DNA of 64,000 nt from Deltaproteobacteria bacterium (GTDB lineage Bacteria; Desulfobacterota; Desulfobulbia; Desulfobulbales; SURF-16). Below, piece by piece: positions 38,121-45,807 of the stretch. Where the stretch lies: positions 1,963-65,962 of the forward strand of contig JACRCD010000032.1 in the NCBI GenBank assembly GCA_016219175.1, read 5' to 3'. The notes beneath the pieces are model-generated. The model was not told the DNA's origin. It saw nothing but the letters and a program-made list of their open reading frames with translations, and did not search any database. Positions within the stretch are counted from its first letter, which is position 1. Every line of letters starts with the position of its first letter. The translations under genes were made by a program, and so were the position numbers.

Positions 38121-39638
38121 TCAACCCGCCAGGGTAACCCGCAGCACTTCGGAAATGGTGGTAATGCCGTCTTTTACCTTACGCCAGCCATCCTGGCGCA
38201 AATTCAGCATGCCTTTTTCCAGGGCGGTCTGTCTGATTTTTTCCGTGCTTGATCTCAGGTGGATTTCCTGCCGGATTTTATCACTTACCGGCAGGTATTC
38301 AAAAATGGCTGTTCTGCCCTTAAAGCCGGTGTGCCTGCATTCATCGCAGCCGGCCCCGGCATAAAAGACGGTTGTCGCGGCCTCCTGCGGCGGAAGCTGC
38401 ATGGAGCGCACCAGTTTTTCCTCAGGAACTCTTTCCTCCTTGCAGTAGGGGCATATCTTGCGGACAAGGCGCTGGGCCAGCACGCCAAGCAGGGTGGAGC
38501 TGAGCAGGAAATTTTCAACGCCCATGTCCAGCAGCCTGGTAATGGCCCCGGGCGCGTCGTTAGTATGCAGGGTGCTGAAGAGCAGGTGCCCGGTAAGAGC
38601 CGACTGGATGGCGATATCGGCGGTCTCCCGGTCCCGGATTTCGCCCACCAGGATAATATCGGGGTCCTGGCGGACGATGGAGCGGAGGCCGTTGGCAAAG
38701 GTGAAACCGATCTTGGGGTTGACCTGGATCTGGTTGATGCCCTCCAGCTGATATTCGATGGGGTCTTCCAGGGTCATGATTTTGTATTCGGGCGAATTGA
38801 TCTTGTCCAGCGTGGTATAGAGGGTGGATGTCTTGCCGCTGCCCGTGGGGCCGGTGACCAGGATCATGCCGTAGGGCTGGGAGATAAGGGCGTAGTACTC
38901 ATCCAGCAGATCCTCGGGAAAACCGAGCTGGCGCAGGTCAAGTATCAGCGACTCACGGTCGAGAATACGCATGACCAGGCTTTCCCCATGGTGGGTCGGG
39001 ATGGTGGACACGCGGAAATCAATCTCCCGTTCACCGATTTTAAGCTTGATGCGCCCGTCCTGGGGACGGCGGCGTTCGGAGATGTCAAGCTTGGCCATGA
39101 TCTTGATACGGGAGATGATGGCGGCCTGGAGGCGCGGGGGCGGGGATTCCACCTCGCGCAGCAGCCCGTCCAGACGATAGCGGACCCGGAAACGGTGCTC
39201 AAAGGGCTCGAAGTGGATATCGCTCGCTTTTTCTTCAACCGCCTGCAGGATGAGCCTGTTTACCAACCGGATAATCGGGGCCTCCTGGGCCATGTCCCGC
39301 AGATGATTGACATCATCATCCACCTCGGCAACGATCTCAGAGATGTCCTTGCCCGCCTCCTCAATGATCGTATCAATGGACTGGCTGTTGATGCCGTAAA
39401 GCCGGTCAACGGCCTCCATGATATCATCAATACGACCGGGCTGGGCCACCACGCGATAGCCGTAAGCGAATTCAATGGTCTTTATGGTCGCGTAATCTTC
39501 AGGATCGGCAATAGCGATCTGTAATGTGTTATCCATGAGGTGCAGGGGCACGAATTTGCCCTGTTTCATGAATTTAACAGTGAGATTTTCCAGGGTCACC
39601 GCTTCGCGGGGATAATCATTAAATGATAATAGGGTCAT
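38121..39638 (-). CDS. gspE: Type II secretion ATPase GspE
   Basis: Walker A GPTGSGKTST, Asp/His boxes (DPDIILVGEIRD, TGHLLFSTLHTND) and tetracysteine CPYC...CDEC. N-terminal GspE_N/MshEN-type domain. Confidence 0.9.
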   Translation of the reverse strand: MTLLSFNDYPREAVTLENLTVKFMKQGKFVPLHLMDNTLQIAIADPEDYATIKTIEFAYGYRVVAQPGRIDDIMEAVDRLYGINSQSIDTIIEEAGKDISEIVAEVDDDVNHLRDMAQEAPIIRLVNRLILQAVEEKASDIHFEPFEHRFRVRYRLDGLLREVESPPPRLQAAIISRIKIMAKLDISERRRPQDGRIKLKIGEREIDFRVSTIPTHHGESLVMRILDRESLILDLRQLGFPEDLLDEYYALISQPYGMILVTGPTGSGKTSTLYTTLDKINSPEYKIMTLEDPIEYQLEGINQIQVNPKIGFTFANGLRSIVRQDPDIILVGEIRDRETADIAIQSALTGHLLFSTLHTNDAPGAITRLLDMGVENFLLSSTLLGVLAQRLVRKICPYCKEERVPEEKLVRSMQLPPQEAATTVFYAGAGCDECRHTGFKGRTAIFEYLPVSDKIRQEIHLRSSTEKIRQTALEKGMLNLRQDGWRKVKDGITTISEVLRVTLAG

Positions 39639-39691
39639 AGTTGAATCGTTATTTGGTGAAGTGCCTAAGGCTCTTAAAAAGTGTCCAAGGT

Positions 39692-39817
39692 GAGCCTATT
39701 GCAGAATAAGCATAAGAGTGCATCCTGTCATTTCGACCGAAGGGAGAAATCTAATAAAATCAAGGCAATTAAAGATTCCTCACTACGTTCGGAATGACAC
39801 TCAAGTTTATTCCGCCA
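39692..39817 (+). repeat. Nested-palindrome repeat, copy B (outer right arm degenerate)
   Basis: Inner hairpin gtcatttcgaccgaagggagaaatc (39727-) ... gattcctcactacgttcggaatgac (-39798). The outer left arm is gagcctattgcagaataagcataagag. Confidence 0.75.
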
Positions 39818-39830
39818 TAGCCACAAATCT

Positions 39831-39930
39831 GTCATTTCGAGATCACCACACACCTGTCATTTCGACCGGAGGGAGAAATCGTAAAGAAATTAACAGGGGG
39901 GAATGATTCCTCACATTCGTTCGGAATGAC
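39831..39930 (+). repeat. Inner-hairpin-only repeat copy B'
   Basis: gtcatttcgag...gtcatttcgaccggagggagaaatc ... gattcctcacattcgttcggaatgac. Confidence 0.7.
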
Positions 39931-40087
39931 GAATTTGATTTTTTTTTCCGGGCCATCAAACTTGAACGCAAATTTTGGTGTCAAGGTAAAATATGCCGAA
40001 TTCAGTCGGCCTGAATTTACAGCATTTATGTCGTTATGAGCTAGATTTTTTTTAAAAAAAGAATATAACTCATCAGGTATTAAGGTT

Positions 40088-40120
40088 GAAGCCTTCAGCC
40101 TATCCGTCTTGAATAGTTAC
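40088..40120 (-). repeat. Single arm of the 13251-13376 palindrome family
   Basis: gaagccttcagcctatc...gaatagttac is the reverse complement of gtaactatccag..gataggctgaaggct at 13252-13280, with a few differences. Confidence 0.55.
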
Positions 40121-40205
40121 TTTTGACTTTGGTTCCGTCGTTTCGGTCGTTGTGGCTTTATCGTTTCGACCGCAATCATGTTATTTAAACAATAATTATG
40201 ATATT

Positions 40206-40358
40206 GAGGTTCTTGCAAAATAAGCAAAAGAGTGCCTCCAGTCATTTCGACCGAAATCCTGTCATTTCGACCACAGGGAGAAATCTAATAAAATCAAGGC
40301 GATTAAAGATTCCTCACTACGTTCGGAATGACACACAAGTTCATTTTGCAAGAGGCTC
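40206..40358 (+). repeat. Nested-palindrome repeat, copy C (full length)
   Basis: gaggttcttgcaaaataagcaaaagag ... two gtcatttcgacc units ... agggagaaatct-loop-gattcctcactacgttcggaatgac ... ttcattttgcaagaggctc. Confidence 0.85.
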
Positions 40359-40370
40359 TATTGTAACCAG

Positions 40371-40430
40371 AATCCTGTCATTTCAACCATAATCATGTCA
40401 TTTCGACCAGAATCCTGTCATTTCGACCGC
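40371..40430 (+). repeat. Three exact-phase 20-bp direct repeats (aatcNtgtcatttcRaccNN)
   Basis: Units at 40371-40390, 40391-40410 and 40411-40430. The last unit runs into the left inverted repeat of the GIY-YIG unit. Confidence 0.85.
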
Positions 40431-40780
40431 AGGGAGAAATCTGATGCCTTTAACAAAACAATACTTTGTTTACCTGATCACCAACTGGAATCACAAAGTC
40501 ATGTATGTCGGCGTTACAAGCAACCTTATACGTCGCATTTACGAGCATAAAAATAAATTGTTTGATGGGTTCACAAAAAAGTACAAGGTCGATAAATTAG
40601 TATATTTTGAAGAAACCAGCGATGTTGCGGCCGCCATAGCCAGGGAAAAGGAGATCAAGAGGTGGCGGCGTGAAAAAAAGAACAATCTGGTGGTAAAGAT
40701 GAATCCCGACTGGCAAGATTTAAGCGCAACGTGGTCTGGTGGTTCCGCGGGGAAGATTTCTCCCTGCGGTCGAAATGACA
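40416..40780 (+). mobile_element. GIY-YIG ORF bracketed by perfect 27-bp terminal inverted repeats (candidate autonomous member of the repeat family)
   Basis: tgtcatttcgaccgcagggagaaatct at 40416-40442 is the exact reverse complement of 40754-40780. The left repeat supplies AGGGAG 8 nt before the ATG, and the right repeat encodes the ORF tail KISPCGRND. Confidence 0.6.
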
Positions 40781-40788
40781 AAAACTAG
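40444..40788 (+). CDS. Small GIY-YIG (URI-domain, COG2827-type) nuclease-superfamily protein
   Basis: 114 aa: YFVYLITNWNHKVMYVGVTSNLIRRIYEHK...KLVYFEETSDVAAAIAREKEIKRWRREKK. This gives GIY (YLIT) / YVG motifs, then R, E and the helical tail. Confidence 0.8.
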   Translation: MPLTKQYFVYLITNWNHKVMYVGVTSNLIRRIYEHKNKLFDGFTKKYKVDKLVYFEETSDVAAAIAREKEIKRWRREKKNNLVVKMNPDWQDLSATWSGGSAGKISPCGRNDKN

Positions 40789-40990
40789 TAGTTCGTTTCA
40801 TATAAATATTTACATTTTCCTATTCGGTTGAGTCTGCCAAAAGCGACTAGTGGAGCGGTTTTCACGGTTCGGCAAGCTCAGCATGGACGGTAAAGCTTTT
40901 AGCAAAACGGACCACTAGAACTTGGGCATTCATTTCGGCCATTACACGATTATTCTAACCATCTACGCCGTAATTACAACCATCAGCGCC

Positions 40991-41157
40991 GTCATTTCGA
41001 CCGCCTGCTCTGCCATTTCGACCATCGCCCACTTTGTCATTTCCGCCATCCGCGCCTCTGTCATTTCGACCGCCTACTCTGTCATTTCGACCGCAGGGAG
41101 AAATCTTTATAAAATATCGGCATAGTGATAGATTCCTCACCTGCGTTAGGAATGACA
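40991..41157 (+). repeat. Array of five gtcatttcgacc-type units (21-26 bp spacing) ending in an inner-hairpin copy
   Basis: Units start at about 40991, 41012, 41036, 41060 and 41081. The last continues as gtcatttcgaccgcagggagaaatc ... gattcctcacctgcgttaggaatgaca (to 41157). Confidence 0.75.
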
Positions 41158-41195
41158 ATTGCAGACTTTTGCTCAACAACCAATCTTGAACATTT

Positions 41196-41348
41196 GAGGC
41201 TCTTGCAAAATAAGCAAAAGAGCGCCTCCTGTCATTTCGACCAAAATCCTGTCATTTCGACCGAAGGGAGAAATCTAATAAAATCATGGCAATTAAAGAT
41301 TTCTCACTGCGTTCGGAATGACACGCAAGTTCATTTCGCAAGAGCCTC
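41196..41348 (+). repeat. Nested-palindrome repeat, copy D (full length)
   Basis: gaggctcttgcaaaataagcaaaagag ... gtcatttcgaccgaagggagaaatc ... gatttctcactgcgttcggaatgac ... ttcatttcgcaagagcctc. Confidence 0.85.
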
Positions 41349-41618
41349 ATTTTCAAAAGAATAAGCCGGGGGGGGTTGGTCGTATTTGAACTGCCCTGGT
41401 TTGTTTCAGCCAGCATAGTCTGAATTCCCTGTCCGGAACGCATGGGAAATTCCATGTGTGAAATTTCTCCCTGCTGTCCAGTGAAAGGTCTTCTTGTATT
41501 CTAACATTCTGATATTGTGTGTTATTGTTGCTGTTTGCTAAATGGAGAAGCGAGAGAAAAAACAAAGTTGATTGTCGTTGAGTGAGTGTGGCCCATTATT
41601 TGCTAAGTATTTTGAAAC

Positions 41619-42782
41619 ATGAAAAACATTGGCAGAGTCATCCTCATCATTTCCTTGTTTGTTGTTGTCGGGCTGAGTGCGGGAATTGCCCGGGCGGAAG
41701 AAGAAGCGTGTAATCCGCAAGCCCTGCTGCTGCAGATGATCAACGACGCCAGGGAAAATCCGGAGGCGACGCTGAAGCTTTACGGGCTTGATCCGAAGCA
41801 GATGGTCAAAAGAATTCCGGCAATGGCGGATAACATAAAAAACGGCATGGCTCCCCTGTATCTGGTGGAAAAGCTTAACATGGCAGCCGAAGCGCATCTG
41901 GCGGATATGAAGGCCAACAATTATTACGCAAGCGAGTCCCTTGACGGCAGGCTGCCCTATGACCGGCTGGCGGCTCAGGGGTATCTGCCGGTGGCGGTTG
42001 AGGAGTCTTTGGCCATGCTGGGTTTTCGCAATTTTGTTGAGCCCTGTCAAGCCGCGCGCATCATATTTTCCAACATGCTCCGCGACGAATGGGCCCAAAC
42101 CGACATGGCCGAGTTAAAGATATTGCAACCCGGTTTGTCCGACATAGGTATTTCCTTTGGCACGGGCACAATCCGCAACGGCCAATTTGTCTATAATTAT
42201 TATGCCGCTGTCTGTGATATTGCCGCAAATCTTCTCAGTGTTGTGGAAACAGAAGTGGTTCGGCAGGTGAGCGTTGCCCGCCGGGAGCCGGTAGCCTTTG
42301 CACAAGAAGCGGAAATTGATGTTGAGGAGCTGCTGGCGGAAAACCCTCAGTATGGAGAGCTGCTGAATACTTCTTATCCCGCCGTCTTGGAGGATGAAGT
42401 TCTTGTTGAAACGGCCCAGGTAGTGGGTGAGGAGATTCTTTCCGGCTCGGCGGCCCCGGATGTCGGGTTAGCTAAGGAACGTATCGAGGCAATGCTAGCC
42501 GCCAGCGGCAAAAAATATGACAGTGTTGTCGGGACATACCGCATGATGGTGACTGTTGAGGCAGTGGATGTCATGGCCGCGGCCCAAGCGCACCTCGGCA
42601 GGATTTTCGCCCGGGAACTGGGGGTGGCTGCATCGGAAAGAACCATGCTGAATCCCGGGGTGAACAGGATTGGGCTGCGGGTCATCAGCAGTAGCCCTGG
42701 TGAATGGTACAGCGATAGTAATAATCCCAGCGGTCATTATAATGTCATGCTGGTTCTGCTGTTTGCCCATGTTGCTGACTGA
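41619..42782 (+). CDS. Secreted protein with two CAP/SCP (YkwD-like) domains
   Basis: Signal peptide. LLLQMINDARENP...LNMAAEAHLADMKANNYYASESLDGRLPYDRL matches the bacterial SCP pattern, and a second, more divergent copy lies in the C-terminal half. Confidence 0.5.
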   Translation: MKNIGRVILIISLFVVVGLSAGIARAEEEACNPQALLLQMINDARENPEATLKLYGLDPKQMVKRIPAMADNIKNGMAPLYLVEKLNMAAEAHLADMKANNYYASESLDGRLPYDRLAAQGYLPVAVEESLAMLGFRNFVEPCQAARIIFSNMLRDEWAQTDMAELKILQPGLSDIGISFGTGTIRNGQFVYNYYAAVCDIAANLLSVVETEVVRQVSVARREPVAFAQEAEIDVEELLAENPQYGELLNTSYPAVLEDEVLVETAQVVGEEILSGSAAPDVGLAKERIEAMLAASGKKYDSVVGTYRMMVTVEAVDVMAAAQAHLGRIFARELGVAASERTMLNPGVNRIGLRVISSSPGEWYSDSNNPSGHYNVMLVLLFAHVAD

Positions 42783-42823
42783 AACCCTCTGATTTTGCAT
42801 GAGAAAATATTTATTTAAAAAAA

Positions 42824-42852
42824 TTGACCTTGCGTGCGGAACTTGCTAGAAT
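42824..42852 (+). promoter_or_regulatory. Near-consensus sigma70-type promoter
   Basis: TTGACC (42824-42829), 17-nt spacer, TAGAAT (42847-42852). It points into repeat copy E and the 43210 gene. Confidence 0.5.
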
Positions 42853-42882
42853 CGATTAATTAAAATTAAGAAAATTACAGGT

Positions 42883-43039
42883 GAGGCCCTTGCAAAATAA
42901 GCAAAAGAGAACCTCCGGTCATTTCGAAAAAAGTATCTCCTGTCATTTCGACCGAAGGGAGAAATCTTATAAAAGCAAGGCAATTAAAGATTCCTCACTA
43001 CGTTCGGAATGACACGCAAGTTCATTTTTCAAGAGGCTC
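42883..43039 (+). repeat. Nested-palindrome repeat, copy E (full length)
   Basis: gaggcccttgcaaaataagcaaaagag ... gtcatttcgaccgaagggagaaatc ... gattcctcactacgttcggaatgac ... ttcatttttcaagaggctc. Confidence 0.85.
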
Positions 43040-43126
43040 GGGTAAAACCTGTTTTTGTTCGGTGTCTCATCATTTATTAATAAAAGGAGGTGTAAAGGGG
43101 GGAAGATAAATAGTAGTAAAAAGCAG

Positions 43127-43150
43127 TTATAAAATTGCGCAATTTTATAA
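43127..43150. promoter_or_regulatory. Perfect 24-bp palindrome TTATAAAATTGCGCAATTTTATAA (candidate operator) 60 bp upstream of the S-layer-like gene
   Basis: The two 12-nt halves are exact reverse complements. The site lies between the putative promoter and the strong RBS AAGAAAGGAG. Confidence 0.5.
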
Positions 43151-43209
43151 GCTTAACAAGCAGTCAATGTAACCAAAAAACTAAATCAATAAGAAGAAAG
43201 GAGTAAGGA

Positions 43210-45018
43210 ATGTTTAAGAAAAGAATACTCGCAGCAGCAGCCTCTACCGCAATGCTCTCTCTCGTACTGTCCGGCGCCGCCCTGGCCGTAAACCGTGTTG
43301 AGGTCAAGGTAACATCAGAGCCCATCGCTTCAGGCGCCTCCTGCGACAAAGCCGGTGGTTTCTCTCTCGAGTTTGATACGTCTACAGCTCTGCTGGACGG
43401 TGACCAGATCACCATTGATACCGACTTCGTCAATGCCACCAATTTCACCGCCCTGTGCCGCGACATCGACCTGGTAATCGCCCCGGGCTCCGGCGCCAAC
43501 ATCACCAGCCAAGCAGACGGTGGTAACTCCACCAACGCTGGTTGGACCAACGGCTCAACCCCTGATGAGCTGGTTGACTCACCGGTTGTCTATTCCGGAA
43601 CCGCTCCGACCGACGTGGAAGAAGGTATTATCTTCCATGTGGTCGGCAACTCCGGCTCACAGCGTATCACCGTTGATGTTGTCGGTATTGATACAACAAC
43701 TGGCGCTGATGGCCGTGCTGTGAATGCAGTTGCTGGTAGCTTGATCGTCGGCCCTGGCGTGAATGACAAGATCATCGTCCGCTTCCTGGATCAGGATGTG
43801 AATTTCACCACCGGCGGCATCTTTGTTGACAACAATACAACTACGGACGACACCTATGACCAGCCTGCCGATCTGGAAGACAACACCCTGTGTATCAACG
43901 TCTCTTCCTGGAGCGAGTCAACCGTCAAGGGCAACATGGACTCCCGCAATGACAAGTACACCTTCATTCCGTCCAACCCGCAGATCGCCCATGTGGTCTC
44001 AGCTGCTGAATACGCCCTGTATGAATGCGCCAAGGCCAATTGCGGCAATCTGGCACTCGGTGCGACCTCACAGGCCGGTTCAAGCTGTGGCGCCTTTGAC
44101 AACGAGGATCCGGGCGCTGCCGGCACCGCTTACATGAACTCCTGCGCAACGGTTGACGATCACGCCAACAACCAGTTTATCATCCAGAAGACCAACGGTA
44201 CCTTTGATCTGGTTGACTACATCGTCACCGCCACCATCCTGGTTAACGGCGTGGAAGGCGACAACGGTGTGTACTTCACCAGTGACGCCATCTTAACCGA
44301 CGGCGCTTCCACCTCAACCGCCGCCTGTGCATTCACCAACGCCTCCGGTTCAGCAATCGGCGCAGCAAGCTACTTCCAGGCTGACGGCACCACGGCAACC
44401 CCGGTTGCCGCTGATACCGACTGCGACATCGCCGGTTCCGCCCGCGCCGTTGAGCTGACCACCCTGGGTCACAACCTGAACCTTGCAGCTAACGATGATT
44501 TCCTCTTCATCAATATTCCGGAGATGCATTATGATCTGGGCGAGGTTGAGGACGGCGATCAGGTATCCGTTCGCATTACCCTGACCAAGGCTCCATGCGG
44601 CGAGGTAACCACCCAGACCCTGTGTGTCGGTACCTTCCTTGAGGAATGTCCCACTTCAGCTGGTTCTGAGACCATGATCTTCCCGTACTTCACCAGCCCC
44701 GCCGCAACTGATGCATGGTGGGATGGCGTGGCTATCACCAACGAAAGCGCCACTGCAGGTACTGCTACCGTTACCCTGTATGAGCAGGATGGCGACTCGG
44801 CTACCGCTTCCATCGCTGTTGCAGCCCGCAGCATGTACGTCAACACCCTGACAGCCATGATTTCAGGCGGTGTGTTTACAGCTTCTTCAGGCAACGCAGG
44901 CACCATCGGCGATTCAAGATGCTTCCTCAGTGTATCCACTGATTTCGCAGCTTCGGGTTTTGCCATGATTGCCAACACGGCAACCGGTGAGTCCATGGGT
45001 TATACCTCAGGTAACTAA
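43210..45018 (+). CDS. Secreted Thr/Asn/Gly/Asp/Ala-rich surface (S-layer-like) protein
   Basis: Signal peptide MFKKRILAAAASTAMLSLVLSGAALA. The 602-aa product has no hydrophobic anchor and about a dozen N-x-S/T sequons. Strong RBS, and the gene is monocistronic with a textbook terminator. Confidence 0.55.
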   Translation: MFKKRILAAAASTAMLSLVLSGAALAVNRVEVKVTSEPIASGASCDKAGGFSLEFDTSTALLDGDQITIDTDFVNATNFTALCRDIDLVIAPGSGANITSQADGGNSTNAGWTNGSTPDELVDSPVVYSGTAPTDVEEGIIFHVVGNSGSQRITVDVVGIDTTTGADGRAVNAVAGSLIVGPGVNDKIIVRFLDQDVNFTTGGIFVDNNTTTDDTYDQPADLEDNTLCINVSSWSESTVKGNMDSRNDKYTFIPSNPQIAHVVSAAEYALYECAKANCGNLALGATSQAGSSCGAFDNEDPGAAGTAYMNSCATVDDHANNQFIIQKTNGTFDLVDYIVTATILVNGVEGDNGVYFTSDAILTDGASTSTAACAFTNASGSAIGAASYFQADGTTATPVAADTDCDIAGSARAVELTTLGHNLNLAANDDFLFINIPEMHYDLGEVEDGDQVSVRITLTKAPCGEVTTQTLCVGTFLEECPTSAGSETMIFPYFTSPAATDAWWDGVAITNESATAGTATVTLYEQDGDSATASIAVAARSMYVNTLTAMISGGVFTASSGNAGTIGDSRCFLSVSTDFAASGFAMIANTATGESMGYTSGN

Positions 45019-45067
45019 TTTTTAGTAACCTGTTTTTATTACCCGAGATTTACTGATGAAGTGCTAA

Positions 45068-45097
45068 GGGGGAGGCTCAGGCCTCCCCCTTTTTTTT
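45068..45097 (+). terminator. Rho-independent terminator
   Basis: GGGGGAGGC-tcag-GCCTCCCCC followed by T8, 50 nt after the 43210..45018 stop. Confidence 0.9.
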
Positions 45098-45127
45098 CCT
45101 GGTTTTCTTAACTTTTTGTCTTTCCCT

Positions 45128-45781
45128 ATGCGTTACACACATCTCATATCATTTCTGATTTTCACTGTTTTTCTGGCAGGGGGTGTTTACCCCTCTCTGG
45201 CCGGGCCGTATGTTCCCAGCCGCAATCTTGAAATAGAGACAGAGTTTTTGCAGGATTTACCGACCCGCAAAGGTGAGGCCGCGCCTACGAAAATCAGCTG
45301 GCTTGTCTCCCCCGCGGCTGCTGATGAACAGAGCGTCTCTCTGCAATTTTTTTTAAACCGTCAGCTTTCCGTCCCAGTGACAGCTGTGACGATTTTATTC
45401 GCGGGAGGTGTTACCAGGAAGGAACAAAGCGGTCAGACCACTGACGCCCCTGTTCATCTTCTTTTGAACTCCGGTTCCCCGGTGCCGGCCGATATACTGC
45501 CAATTATGCAGACGGAACGGGAAAAGACCTACCAGGTAGAGGAGAAGGCCGGCGGACGTAATTTTCTGCATACCTATCGCGTGGTGGAGACAGAGGTTTC
45601 CGCTCCAGAGGCCGTAAAAAAAGGGTGGCTGCGCAAGATTCCCCCGGCGGACGAGCGTTTGCAGTCTGTTACGGTTTACGATGACCGTAATCAACTGGTG
45701 GCTTTGCAGGTCTGGCCTGTCGGCGGCGAGTGGTGGCTTTATGAGGAAACACCCTACCGCCGTTCCTGGCTTGTCCAATAA
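45128..45781 (+). CDS. Secreted hypothetical protein
   Basis: ATG 45128, signal-like MRYTHLISFLIFTVFLAGGVYPSLAG. No recognisable motifs. Confidence 0.5.
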   Translation: MRYTHLISFLIFTVFLAGGVYPSLAGPYVPSRNLEIETEFLQDLPTRKGEAAPTKISWLVSPAAADEQSVSLQFFLNRQLSVPVTAVTILFAGGVTRKEQSGQTTDAPVHLLLNSGSPVPADILPIMQTEREKTYQVEEKAGGRNFLHTYRVVETEVSAPEAVKKGWLRKIPPADERLQSVTVYDDRNQLVALQVWPVGGEWWLYEETPYRRSWLVQ

Positions 45782-45807
45782 CTTTTTATCAGCAATCGAT
45801 TTTAATC

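Noticed and set aside
39700-41360. Possible CRISPR array, given the many copies of gtcatttcgacc-containing repeats
   Set aside because: Repeat spacing is irregular (20-26 bp in the arrays, otherwise 100+ bp). The would-be spacers are too short or are themselves repeated. The repeats form nested palindromes with a second arm type, and no cas genes are present in the window.
39718-41364. Short ORFs in the repeat zone (39718..39906, 40198..40392, 40922..41125, 41125..41364, 41252..41455)
   Set aside because: Their translations (VISTEGRNLIKSR..., CHSERSEKS...) are simply the repeat arms read through. The same peptides recur wherever the DNA repeat recurs, in either orientation.
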